Origin: Scyliorhinus canicula
Taxonomy: Eukaryota
NCBI RefSeq assembly: GCF_902713615.1
Contig: NW_024055466.1
Span: 62,001 to 126,000 of the forward strand
Direction: 5' to 3'
DNA: 64,000 nucleotides
Within the stretch, counting starts at the first letter, position 1; every line of letters begins with the position of its first letter. The notes under the pieces were generated by a model. That model was not told where the DNA came from, searched no databases, and saw only the letters and a program-made list of their open reading frames with translations. This document shows positions 12,610 to 24,299 of this stretch, piece after piece. A program made the translations under genes and the position numbers.

Positions 12610-13647
12610 TTACCTGTGAAGTTGCTGGTGTAGCAGCAGGTTGGCTGACTGTGTGAATCCCTTCCCACACTCGGGGCAGGTGAACGGCCTCTCCCCAGTG
12701 TGAATGCGCCGATGTGTCACCAGGTGGGATGATTGACTGAATCCTTTCCCACACTCGGAGCAGGTGAATGGTCTCTCCCCAGTGTGAACTCGCTGGTGTG
12801 TCAGTAGGTGGGATGACCGAGTGAATCCCTTCCCACACTGGGAGCAGGTGAACGGCTTCTCTCCACTGTGGATGCGCTGATGTTCCAGCAGGGTGGATAA
12901 CCGAGTAAATCCCTTCCCACACTCAGAGCAGTTGAAGGGTCTCTCCCCAGTGTGAACTCGCTGATGTACAATCAGATCAGATGATCGCCTGAACCCAGTC
13001 CCACAGTGAGAGCATCTGAACGGCCTCTCCCCAGTGTGGACACGTTGATGAAACATCAGTTCCCAGGAACTTTTATAGCCCTTCTCACAGTCCTGACATT
13101 TAAAAGGTCTCTCCCCGGTGTGGATTCGCTGGTGTGTCCGCAGGTGGGATGAGTGAGCAAATCCTTTGCCACACGTGGAGCAGATGAACGGCCTCTCCCC
13201 AGTGTGAATTCGCTGGTGGACAGTGAGGACAGATAATGTCTTGAACCCAGTCCTGCAGTGAGAGCACTTGAAAGGTCTCTCGTCACTGTGAACACGTTGA
13301 TGACCAGTCAGTTCCCGGGAACTTTTATAGCACTTCCCGCAGTCTGGACATTTAAAAGGTCTCTCGTCTGTGTGAACTTGTCGGTGTTGCAGCAGGGAGG
13401 ATGAACAAGTGAATCCCTTCCCACACTCCGAGCAGGTGAACGGTCTCTCCCCACTGTGACTACGCTGATGATTCCCCAGCTCAGATGGGTAATTAAAGCC
13501 CTTCCCACAGTCTCCACATTTCCACGGCTTCTCTCTGTGGTGACTGCAGTTATGCTTTGTCAGACCAGATGACGGACTAAAGTCTTGTCCATACACAGAA
13601 AATGTGTCCAGTTTCTTTTCACTGTGAACGGTGCTTTTTCCTTCTAT
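12610..13647 (-). CDS. C2H2 zinc-finger ORF, 11 intact fingers, but the family start codon reads ATA (gene or young pseudogene)
   Basis: Open frame from 13647 to the stop at 12610. The paralog at 26652 has aacATGgaaggaaaaagc where this copy has aacATAgaaggaaaaagc. Confidence 0.65.
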   Translation of the reverse strand: MEGKSTVHSEKKLDTFSVYGQDFSPSSGLTKHNCSHHREKPWKCGDCGKGFNYPSELGNHQRSHSGERPFTCSECGKGFTCSSSLLQHRQVHTDERPFKCPDCGKCYKSSRELTGHQRVHSDERPFKCSHCRTGFKTLSVLTVHQRIHTGERPFICSTCGKGFAHSSHLRTHQRIHTGERPFKCQDCEKGYKSSWELMFHQRVHTGERPFRCSHCGTGFRRSSDLIVHQRVHTGERPFNCSECGKGFTRLSTLLEHQRIHSGEKPFTCSQCGKGFTRSSHLLTHQRVHTGERPFTCSECGKGFSQSSHLVTHRRIHTGERPFTCPECGKGFTQSANLLLHQQLHR

Positions 13648-14700
13648 GTTTCAAATATGGTGGTATACAGGTTACAATAAACTGGTTTCAGTTTCCTGAC
13701 TGCAAATCCTCCCCTTCTAATACCCTGTGAAATTGATTTAAAACAGAAAAGATTGAGTGAGAGAGACCCAACAAAAACACAATGGTAGGTTGTGAAATTG
13801 AGCTGAATGAATCTTGACGTTTGTGGGACTGGCACTTGGAAAACGTGACCATGAATGAACTGGTTCATATGCCTTTCAAGGAAGGGAACCTGCCACTTGG
13901 CCTGGACCTATACAATTCTCTGGTCTCGCTGGGAGGAGAGCAATAGAGGGGAGGGGAGGAGCAGAAAAGTAGAGGCAAGGAATGAAGTAGAGATATTTTA
14001 TATATCTACAACTCAACAAGACATTTGATGGAACTTCCAAAAACTCCTATCTTCCTCCACCTCGAAGGACCAGGGTAGCAGGTGGTTGTGAACACCATCA
14101 CCACCATGTTCTCCTCCAACTTACACACCATTCTGACTTGTTCAACATCCAATACTGGAAGAACAGAAATTTCCTCCATTTTCATATTGTCTGCAGTTTC
14201 CGCCAGCCACTATCTTCACCCCTTCTCCTCGGAACTGCCAGAGACCGAACCAGACTGAATATTTCACCTTAAACTTGAGCTTTCAACCAGATATCAACGT
14301 CATCACCATTATTGACTATTTCCACCTCAATAACATCACCCAACTAAGGATGGCAGATTTACACAGTGAATGTCAATGACCTGGAACTCGATCATTATGC
14401 TAAAAGGGCGATTAAATTCAGGTGCTGATTAATCAAATAATGTGGCCAGATTTTGATGTGAAACTTGGTTCAAGTTTCCTGTCTGCAAATCCTCTTCTAA
14501 TACCTTCAAAATGGAGGTTTACAAAAACCATCACTGTCAGTCCAGAAATTAAATTCAAAAGAGACAAACGTTTCTCTTGGTTTGAGTTTGCTGTATCTAA
14601 ATCCTCCCCTTCCAACCCCCAGTAAAGGAGTTTCCAAAATCTATCACGGCAGTCCAGGAGAGAAATTCACAACACCCCCTCCTCCGGCGTCCTGAACAAA

Positions 14701-14990
14701 GATGATGTGGAGATGCCGGTGTTGGACTGGGGTGAACTCAGTAAGAAGTCTGACACCAGGTTAAGGTCCAACAGATTTGTTTCGAATCACTAGATTTCGG
14801 AGCATTGCTCCTTCCTCAGGTGAATGAAGAGGCGTATATATATATATGTTCCTGGAACCTACCTCTCCATTCACCTGAGGAAGGAGCAGTGCTCCGAAAT
14901 CTAGTGATTCGAATCAAACCTGTTGGACTTTAACCTGGTGTCAGACTTACTGAGCTCACCCCAGTCCAACACCGGCATCTCCACATCATC
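14701..14990. mobile_element. Palindromic non-autonomous Penelope-derived element (inverted terminal arms)
   Basis: ~130-bp arms gatgatgtggagatgccgg...tcaggtgaatg / cattcacctga...ccggcatctccacatcatc around a TA-rich loop. The same arm sequence flanks the Penelope ORF remnant at 16.4-17.1 kb. Confidence 0.8.
14871..14907 (+). ncRNA. Minimal type I hammerhead ribozyme motif (mirror copy on - strand at 14787-14823)
   Basis: TCAC-CTGAGGA-A-GGAGC-AGT-GCTCC-GAAA-TC-TA-GTGA: stem I TCAC/GTGA, core CUGANGA and GAAA, 5-bp stem II. Confidence 0.65.
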
Positions 14991-15059
14991 AGCAGCCAGT
15001 AAGGATGTGGAGGGAGCCATATAGTCGGCGGGTAGGATTTATAAATATCTGGAAAGGCT

Positions 15060-15200
15060 TCAAACCTCGAATACGAACCTGCAGATCCCGTGTTTGCTGC
15101 TCCCAGTCTTTCTCCCGGGACAAGACTCTGGTTAACGGCCGCCATCTTGGTTCAGCGTAGCGTAGAGCAGAGCGCATGCGCTGGCGTCTTGGTGATGCAA
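15060..15200 (-). promoter_or_regulatory. Putative promoter/first exon of the ZF gene at 12.6-13.6 kb
   Basis: CpG-rich. NRF1 gcgcatgcgc (~15172) followed on the - strand by YY1 caagatggcggc. The same module recurs at ~36335-36380 and ~45847-45895. Confidence 0.55.
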
Positions 15201-15824
15201 CAGAGTGGGCGAACATCAAGATTTCTGTTCCCAGCCGGGTCCTAGCGCCAGGTGGTGACAATGAAGGACAACTATTTTTTTAAACCTCCCACTCCCAGGC
15301 TGCGCTGATGTTTGCAGCCTGGAGGACTCTGAGTCATTAATATATTCAGTGTGAGAGGCTGCAGCCCTGCCTCGCTACCTGAAAGGGTTATACAACTTTT
15401 GGTTACACTTCAGCCGCAGGCTCCTCAGGACTGGGTGGAGACGTTGAATGAGTCAGGAGATTTACTCATTGTAACCCACAGGATTTGTGTGGTCCTTTCC
15501 AGTCCATTGTCAGCATGTTTGTGTGATATTTTCTTACCGTCAGGGTGGTTTGTCTTAATTTAAGATACATTTCAGCAGCAGGCTTTCTGGCGATTTTTAT
15601 AAGGAAAGAAGGTTATTTACTATCACAGTTTCCCCGGATGTTTGAACATCTCAGTCCCTCGTCTCTTTCACACTCACTGACTCATACACAGAAATTAGAT
15701 GCAGATCGAGTTGAGGCTGGAATTGTGAATATGGAATGTGTACTGCAATCTGTATATCGCTGCAGGTGTTGTTGAGCTGTTCCTTTAGTTGGAGTGAAGC
15801 GTTCTCAGAAACAAATCATTTCTG

Positions 15825-16350
15825 GGTGGTACGGTAGCACAGTGGTTAATACTGTTGCTTCACAGCAGCAGGCCCCAGGTTTGATTACCGCTTGGGTCAC
15901 TGTAAATGTGGAATCTGCATGTCCTCCCTGTGTGTGCGTGGGTTTCCTCTGGGTGCTTCGGTTTCCTCCCATGTCCAAAGATGTGCAGGTTAGGTGGATT
16001 GGCTATGCTAAATTGTCCTTAGTGTCCAAAAAGGTTAGGTACGGTTACCGGGTTACAGGGATGGGGTAGGGGGGAAAAATTAAATGAAAATCGCTTATTG
16101 TCACAAGTCGGCTTCAAAAAATGAAGTTACTGTGAAAAGCCCCCAGTCGCCACATTCCGGCGCCTGGTCGGGGAGGCTGGTCCAGGAATTGAACCCATGC
16201 TGCTGGCCTGCCTTGGTCTCCTTTAAAAGCCAGCTATTTAGCCCTGTGCTAAACCAGCCCCCAGGTGGAGGTGTGGGCTGAAGGAGAGTGCTCTTTCCAA
16301 ATGACAGTGCAGACTCGAATGGTCTCTTTCTGCACTGTAGATTCTATGAA
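15825..16350 (+). mobile_element. HE1-type SINE with a nested short tRNA-SINE (16083-16262, - strand)
   Basis: V-SINE body interrupted by the reverse complement of ggggctggtttagcac...gtgacaataagcgattttcat. Confidence 0.7.
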
Positions 16351-16412
16351 TTCTCATGAGACTCTGAAGCTTGTTCTAGACGAATAGCTGGAGGTTGGTT
16401 CTCAGGGCCGTT

Positions 16413-17130
16413 TAAGAAGTCTCACAACACCAGGTTAAAGTCCAACAGATTTATTTGAAATCACAAGCTTTCAGAGAGCTGCTCCTTCATCAGTGGAGGC
16501 AGGTTCACAAATGCTGTATAAATAGATCATTCACCCGAGGAAGGAGCTGCGCTCCAAAAGCTAGTGATTTGAAACAAACTTGTTGGACTTTAACCTGGTG
16601 TTGTAAGACTTCTTACTGTGCCTACCCCAGTCCAATGCCGGCATCTCCACAGTATATATAGGCAGAGTCACAATTGCGAGATAATTACAGATTGGAATGT
16701 GAAGAATGGTTCGAATGTGAATCTTTACAGGTACAAACAATGTGAGGTAGACAATGTTGGCCGAGTTGCATGAGTATATACTGTGTACCTGGTGGGTGGT
16801 GTTCTCATGTGCAATGGTGGTATCCATGTTGATGATCCGGCGTGTCTTGCAGACATTGCCGTGGCTGGTTGTGTGGTGTCACTGTTCTCCTGAAAGCTTT
16901 TTGCTGCGAACAATGGTCTGTTTGAGGTTAGGCAGTTGATTGAAGGCAAGTAGTGGGGGTGTGGGGATGGCCTTGCCGTGATATTCGTCGTCATCATTGA
17001 CATGTTGAATGATCCGACGGAGATGTCGGATCCACTCCAGGGAAGTACTGGACGACGAAGGGTATTCTGTCGGTCGTGTCCTGTGATCGTTTTCTGAGGA
17101 GGTCGGTGCGGCTTTTCATTCTGGCTCATT
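16413..17130 (-). mobile_element. Penelope-like (Neptune-type) retroelement remnant with inverted terminal repeats
   Basis: The - strand reads (frameshifted) DLLRKRSQDTTDRIPFVVQYFPG...KAIPTPPLLAFNQLPNLKQTIVRSK...YSCNSANIVYL, i.e. the RT-to-GIY-YIG linker and the start of the GIY motif. Inverted arms at 16413-16650 carry decayed hammerhead cores. Confidence 0.75.
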
Positions 17131-17995
17131 TCTTGCTCGGACATCCTGTTTAACCTTTACCCAGGTGTCTGGTTTACATATGGGTCCTGAGATCCTCCCC
17201 AACTGATCAAGTTTATCTTGATTCAGGTTCTGTGCTGGAGACATGTCCTTGGCAGAGATAACAGGCCGTCACTGTCCTGTGTTTGTCAAGTCAGGAAACT
17301 TTCTTCACAATACATTTCTTAAGATTTTATAACACTATTGGACAATGATGTCTTACCTGGAGAAGGGAATATCCTTATTGACTGCTCACAACTGATTTCT
17401 GACTAACCCAGTTATTTCTAAGCTGTGAGCTTGTTTTCCTAATTTCTTGATTATAAACTGTAGATAACAAAGAAAAGCCACCAGAATGATCACAATCAGC
17501 AGCACAAACCCTTGAGCCATCATCACGAATACAAGTCAAACATTTCCAGTAAAATGTGACAACCATCGACTCAGATTCATCCGCCCCACCTGCAGATCAT
17601 CCTTCACAATTCTAAATTATTGACATGCTGTAAATAGAACATAAAATATGCTGTAAATATCGATTGAACAAAAGTTCATGCACGGACTTTAATGATTCTC
17701 CAGCTCTCTGCTCACCTACATCCACCTTGTCAATACTTTTCAAACTAATTAGCGGGGTTCCAGTGACTCTTCATCCACGTTTGATTAAAGAATGTTCCGC
17801 TCTTTTGAACCAGGGTTCCATTCTGGCATCTTCCCATCCAATTACAAGAGCAATGGAGTTTTTAACAGTTTTATTGATGGTGTCAGTTAGAACATGAATG
17901 TTGGTCCCACTGGACCAGGAGCTTTCCCCTGTGGAGAGCTGCTGAGCTGTCCTGAGCTGAGAGTGGAGCTGATTGAGCTGTCGGGCCTGCAGTGA

Positions 17996-18110
17996 TGTGG
18001 CAATGCCGGCGTTGGACTGGGGTGAGCACAATGAGAAATCTTACAAAACCAGGTTAAAGTCCAACAGGTTTGTTTCAAACACGAGCTTTCGGAGCGCAGC
18101 TCCTTCCTCA
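17996..18110 (-). mobile_element. Single Penelope terminal arm with 11-bp TSD
   Basis: gcctgcagtga at 17985-17995 and 18111-18121. Contains CTGAGGA...GAAAGCTC on the - strand. Confidence 0.75.
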
Positions 18111-18529
18111 GCCTGCAGTGAACCTGGGAGACCTGCTGTCTGGGATCTTTCCTCTTCATTCAGACTCCCAGCTGAAGCTGTTTCTGCAGTAAAATAGTTT
18201 AATTTGAATATCAATCCCAATTTAATCTTTGGAGCAAAATCTACAACTTTAAATCAACTGTAAAAGAGAGATCTGAGAGTGACTGTTATTGACCCAAGGC
18301 ACAGTCAATGGTAGATTTTGGAAGGAAGATGGAAGAGAGGCTGTATATAAATGGTGCAATTTTAAACAGAGTGTAGCATCTACAATACCAGGGGGTAAAT
18401 GTACAACATTGATTTATTATGACAAGGGGAGTTGATGAAGCTGTTTAATACGGTCCTTGGTTAATTAATGTAGACATGGTGTACAAATGAAAGGAAGTAA
18501 TCGTGAATCTTAGTAAATTACTGATTATC

Positions 18530-19580
18530 CAGCAGTGTGGAAAATTATCCAGGTATGTCTTGTACACAAAGAGCAGGACAAATCAAACCCAGCCCATTAC
18601 TGCCTCATCCGTCTTCTCTCAATCATCAGTAAAGTGATGGAGGGATCATCAACAGTGCTATCAAGTGGCACATGCTCAGCAATAACCTGCTCACTGACGC
18701 CAGGTTGCGTTCTGGCAGGGTCACTCAGCTCCTGACCTCATTATGTCCTTGGTTCAAACATAGACAAAAGAGCTGAACTCCTCGGGGTCCTGTCCAAGGT
18801 CTAACCATCTTCAGCTGCTTCATGAATGACCTCCTTCCATCATAAGGTCAGAAGTGGGGATGTTACGGCACCACTCACGACTCCTCAGACACTGAAGCAG
18901 TTCATGTCCAAATGCAACAACCTGGGCAATATCTGGGCTTGGGCTGACAAGTGGCAAGTAACATTCATGCCACACAACTGCCAGGCAATGACTATCTCCA
19001 ACAAGAGAGGAACTTATGATCACTGCTAAACATTTAAAGGCATTACCATCATTGAGTCCTATACTATCAACATCCTGGGGGTTACCATTGAACAGAAACT
19101 AAACTGGACGAGAGGTTGAAGAAGGCAACTCACCACCATCTTCTGAAGGGCAACTCGGGATGGGCAATAAATGCTGGTCCAACTAGCGACATCCATATCC
19201 TGTAAATGAATAAAACAATACAAATATATAAATACTGTGGCTACCAGAGCAGCTCAGAGGGGAGGAAACCTGCGGTGAGTAATTCACCACCTGGCTCCGC
19301 AAGGCCAGACCAGCATCGAAAAGCCACAAGTCAGGAGTGTGATGGAATACTCTCCTTTTGACTGGATGAGTGTAGCTCCACCAATATTCAAGGAGCTCAC
19401 ACCATCCAGGACAAACAAGCCCATTTGATTGGCACCCCATCCACCAATATTCAATCCCTCTACCATTGACGAACAGTGACAGCCATGTGTACTGTCTACA
19501 AGTTGCACTATAGTAATTCACCAAGGCTCCTCAGACAGCACCTTCCAAACCCATGACCACCACCATCAAGAGAGACAATA
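18530..19580 (+). mobile_element. Decayed CR1/L2-group LINE RT fragments
   Basis: VHKEQDKSNPAHY.LI.LLSIISKVME, WADKWQVTFMPHNCQAMTISNK and kpQVRSVMEYS motifs. Confidence 0.65.
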
Positions 19581-20404
19581 GCAGCAGGTACCTGATAAAA
19601 GGTATGGATAAATTAGACGTGGAGCGGATGCTTCCTCTTGTGGGGCATTGTAGAACAAGAGGTCATTGTCTCAAGATAGGGATAGCAAATTTCAAATAGA
19701 GATGAGGAGAAACTACTTCTCAAAGGGTCGTAAATCTGTGGACTTCGCTACTGAAGAGTGTGGTGGGTGCTGGGACAGCCAATAAATTTAAGGAGGAGGT
19801 GGACAGATTTTTTTTTAAATTCCCAATTAAGGGGCAATTTACCATGACCAGTCCACCTACCCTGCACAATTTTGGGTTGTGGGGGTGAGACCCACACAGA
19901 CATGGGGAGAATGTGCAAACTCCACATGGACAGTGACCTGGGGCTGGGATCAAACCTGAGTCCTTGGCACCGTGAAGCCACTGCGCCACCATGTCACCCG
20001 AAAAGTAGATTTCTTGATTAAGAAGGGTTCAGGGATAATGGGGAGAAGACAGGACACTAAGGGGCAATTTAGCATAGCCAATCCACCGAACCTGCATTGG
20101 TGGGAGAAAACCGGAGCACCCGGAGGAAACCCACGCAAACACAGAGAAAGTGCGATCTCCACAGTCACCTAAGGCCAGAATTGAACTCGAGTCTCTGCCG
20201 CAGTGAGGCAACAGTGCTAAGCACTGTGCCACCCAACATCTGTGGATATTAAGGGGCAATTTAGCATTGTCAATCCACCTAAGCTGCACATTTTTGGACT
20301 CTGGGAGCAAACCAGAGCACCCAGAGGAAAAACACACAGACATGGGGAGAAAGTGCGATCTCCACACCATCAACCAAGGCCGGAATTGAATTTGAGTCTC
20401 TGGC

Positions 20405-21066
20405 ACTGTGAGGCAACATTGCTAACCACTGTGAGACAACAGTGCTAAACACTGAGGCAAGAATGCCAACCAGTGTGAGGCAACTATGGTAACCACTGTG
20501 AGGCAACAATGCTAACCACTGTGAGGCAACTTTGCTAACCACTATGAGACAACAGTGCTAAACACTGTGAGGCAACAATGCCAACCAGTGTGAAACAACA
20601 ATGCTAACCACTGAGACAACAATGCTAACCACTGTGAGGCAACAATGCTAACCGCTGTGAGACAACATTGCTAACCACTGTGAGGCAACAATGCTAACCA
20701 CTGTGAGGCAACAATGCCAACCAGTGTGAAACAACAATGCTAACCACTGAGACAACAATGCTAACCACTGTGAGGCAACAATGCTAACCACTGAGACAAC
20801 AATGCTAACCACTGTGAGGCAACAATGCTAACCGCTGTGAGACAACAGTGCTAAACACTGAGGCAAGAATGCCAACCAGTGTGAGGCAACTATGGTAACC
20901 ACTGTGAGGCAACAATGCTAACCACTGTGAGGCAACTTTGCTAACCACTGTGAGGCAACAATGCTAACCGCTGTGAGACAACATTGCTAACCAGTGTGAA
21001 ACAACAATGCTAACCAGTGTGAGACAACAATGCTAACCAGTGTGAGACAACAATGCTAACCACTGT
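20405..21066. repeat. 23-bp tandem array derived from the head of a - strand SINE
   Basis: About 29 copies of gtgaggcaacaatgctaaccact (21-bp variants occur), contiguous with the SINE at 20246-20430. Confidence 0.85.
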
Positions 21067-21389
21067 AGCACCAAAATGCTTCACTGAAATATTTAACTCA
21101 AATACTTAACTCAGTCACCCCACCCTCTGAGTTTACATTTGACTGGAGCTGCTGTCTTGGAAAACGTTTGGGAATTTGAAATTCTCCACCAATTCCTACT
21201 CCATCTTTCATAACCATAGGAGCCCGTTCGGCCCATCGAGTCTGCACTGACCCACTTTAGCCCTCATTCCCCCCCCCCCCACCCCACCCCACCCCCCCAC
21301 CACCCCACCCCCCCCCACCACCCCACCCCCCCCCCCCACCACCCCCCCCCCCCACCACCCCACCCCCCCACCCCCCACCAACCCGGGCC

Positions 21390-21936
21390 CTCAGGAGGCC
21401 ATATTCGGGGTATCGGACCAGCTGGCATTGGAAACAGGTGCGGAGGCAGATGTTGTAGCCTTCGCCTCGTTGAAAGCCCGAAGGCAGATACTGTTGGGGT
21501 GGAGACCAACCTCTCCACCCTGTGCCCTGGCGTGGCGGGGGTGGGGGGGGACCTGCTGGAATTCTTGACTCTTGAGAAGGTCAAATTTGAACTGAGGGGA
21601 AGGATGGAGGGGTTCTGCAATTCATCGGCGTTATTCATTTTATTCATTATGCACTTTAGAGAATTGGATTACTTCGAACATTGGCGGGGCTGCTGGGAGG
21701 GTTGGGGGGAGGGGCCTTTATGTTATAATAGTGACTTTCGGTGATTCCTGATTCCTTTTTGTCATTTGTTTATGTTAAAATGCAGGCTAATGTTTGGGGG
21801 CTTAGTGGGAGGATGGGATTGTTGCTATTGATATGGGGATTGACATTGCATTCATTACTGATTGTTGTTTATTGTTGGTGAGTATAAATTTGGGAGAAAA
21901 TGTGAAAAAAGGAGAATAAAAATATTTCTAAAAAAA
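21390..21936 (+). mobile_element. L1-clade LINE 3' fragment
   Basis: AIFGVSD...VAFASL...LEFLTLEKVKFELRG ORF2 C-terminus, then AATAAA and an A-rich end. Confidence 0.7.
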
Positions 21937-22526
21937 CACCCCAGCCATTGATAATTAACCGTTATACTTCGGTTTGAGGCCCTTTCATGTGAAGAAAACT
22001 GAGGTTTCAAACCTTCAACATTGTGTCTGAAATTAGTGTAACCTTTAACTTGCAGTTTCTGGAAAGAAGCAGTCACTTTCTGTCACACTATATAACCACC
22101 TTTGGTTGGTGAACTTAAAGAATTCCCTCCAGTTAGCTTTCATAGTTCGTTAGTTATTTCAACTCCTATTACTTACCAACATGTATTCATTGAATAGATC
22201 ATGCTGTATTTTGCTCTCCGAACATTTACACCCTGATCACCTTTAAGCATTGATTTTACTCACACTTGGTATAAATTTTATATCTGAAATGACTTTGTAA
22301 TTTCTGTATTAGTTTAAGGCTGTGTCACTTTGTGTCCTTTTCAATAACTGAGTTCCAAGCTTTTGCAGCCACTATGAAAACATAAACCAGCAATTTCTTT
22401 TTCAAAACATGTTGAGAGGTGCCTGTCCCAGTGAGAACTCTACAGGATTTCTATACGTCAACTAGACATTTGGGACAATGGGCCCTGTGATGAGTGTATT
22501 TCAGATAGATTGTATTATAGGTATTT

Positions 22527-22901
22527 GGTGCAGTAAGGGTTAAAGGCCTGGGTCAGTGTGTGTATGACTGCTGCAGTCACGGTGCAGTAAGGGTTAAAGG
22601 CCTGGGTTAGTGTGTGTGTGACTGCCGCAGTCATGGTGCAGTAAGGGTTAAAGGCCTGGGTTAGTGTGTGTATGACTGCTGCAGTCACGGTGCAGTAAGG
22701 GTTAAAGGCCTGGGTTAGTGTGTGTATGACTGCTGCAATCATGGTGCAGTAAGGGTTAAAGGCCTGGGTTAGTGTGTGTATGACTGCTGCAGTCATGGTG
22801 CAGTAAGGGTTAAAGGCCTGAGTTAGTGTGTGTATGACTGCTGCAGTCATGGTGCAGTAAGGGTTAAAGGCCTGGGTTAGTGTGTGTGTGACTACTGCAG
22901 T
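22527..22901. repeat. 54-bp minisatellite x7
   Basis: ggtgcagtaagggttaaaggcctgggttagtgtgtgtatgactgctgcagtcat repeated seven times with few changes. Confidence 0.92.
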
Positions 22902-24299
22902 AGTTTTTTTAAGGTTTGAAAGATTTTGGGAGGCAGAGGTATAATTAAGGCATTGTAAAAAACTTGCGGCCAATGGAGGTTTGTTTGGATTAAGGAGGTT
23001 CCCTGTGGAGTTAATTAGATTTCAGCTTGGTAAGGTGATGTAATTAATGGGAGGAGCTAAGGTAGCAGGCATTTTGCAGAAAAGCAGTTAGTTGAATTTT
23101 AGTTTTTAGAATAATCTTTATTGTCACAAGTACGCTTACATTAACACTGCAATTAAGTTACTGTAAAGATCCCCAAGTTGCCACATTCCGGCGCCTGTTC
23201 AGGTAGGCAGAGGGAGATTTCAGAATGTCCAATTCACCTAACAGCATGTCTTTCGGGACTTGTGGGAGGAAACCGGAGTGCCCGGAGGAAACCTATGCAG
23301 ACACAGGGAGAACGTGCAGACTCCACACAGTGACCCAAGCGGGAATCTAACCTGGGATCCTGGAGCTGGGAAGCAACAGTGCTAACCACTCTGCTTGGAA
23401 GGTAAGCTGAACCAAACTGAGAAGCAGCTTCTGAAGAAATACAGCCAGAGATTCTGCGTGGGTCTCATTGTCAGTGAAAGACAATCTGATGTTGGGAGTT
23501 AGATTCTCTGGTGTCTGAAACCACAAGATTTAATGTTTAGAGTCAAGAAGATGAACAAGGAAAGAGATCAGGGCCCAAAACTCCAGCTGGATATTCACAG
23601 GAGAAAGTCTATCATCAAACACCGAGTGGACAGAACAGAGAAAGATCCCAACTGTAAGAAACCCAGAAATTATTTATAAATATCTTTCAAATATTGACAA
23701 ATTCTAACTGTCAGTTTCCACGACATTTGAAGTAAATGGAAGGTGAAAGAATGGTTATTCTGGACCTATAATAAACACTAATTAGATCACAGCTATTGAG
23801 TATGAGAGATAATTAAAGGTTCCATATGAAACTTGATTTTATTACCTTACATTGGTAGATTCATAAATTTTAAATCTTTACTATTTACAGACTGGAAGCT
23901 TAAAGCTACCGTTTCACTTTCAGTCAGGAACAGATCCCAGTTTTACACCAATCTCTGATTTGACAGCACATTTCCAGCATTCACCATTGTTCTTCCTGAC
24001 TCTGAACAGTTGTAAAGGAGCTTCTGTTCTATGTCTAGGAGCTCTGAACCATGGAAGAGAGCGACTGGGATATATTTCTCTCACACCTCAGGATTAACCC
24101 ACATGGGGACTTTGCTGACAGTGAAGAGAGATGAGAAAGACCAAAGTGTGATTTGTCCCTCTCAGTGTGACCCTGAAGGACTGTGTCCAGGCTGAAGTTC
24201 TGTTCCTGCCGTATGAGCCTTCCCCAGATTGTCCTTTCTGAGCTCCAGACAGGTGAAGTTAACCACTCAGGTGAGAAAGACAAAATACACAACGGGTTT

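Noticed and set aside
14701-14990. Classical DNA-transposon MITE or miRNA gene
   Set aside because: The arms are linked to a Penelope ORF remnant, related copies are asymmetric with 11-12 bp TSDs, and the stem is much longer than a pre-miRNA.
16528-16568. Active hammerhead in the 16.5 kb arm
   Set aside because: The core is mutated (CCGAGGA and AAAA instead of CUGANGA and GAAA).
22515-22973. 152-aa repetitive ORF or interstitial telomere
   Set aside because: Translation of the 54-bp repeat. The GGGTTA hexamers are isolated, not tandem TTAGGG.
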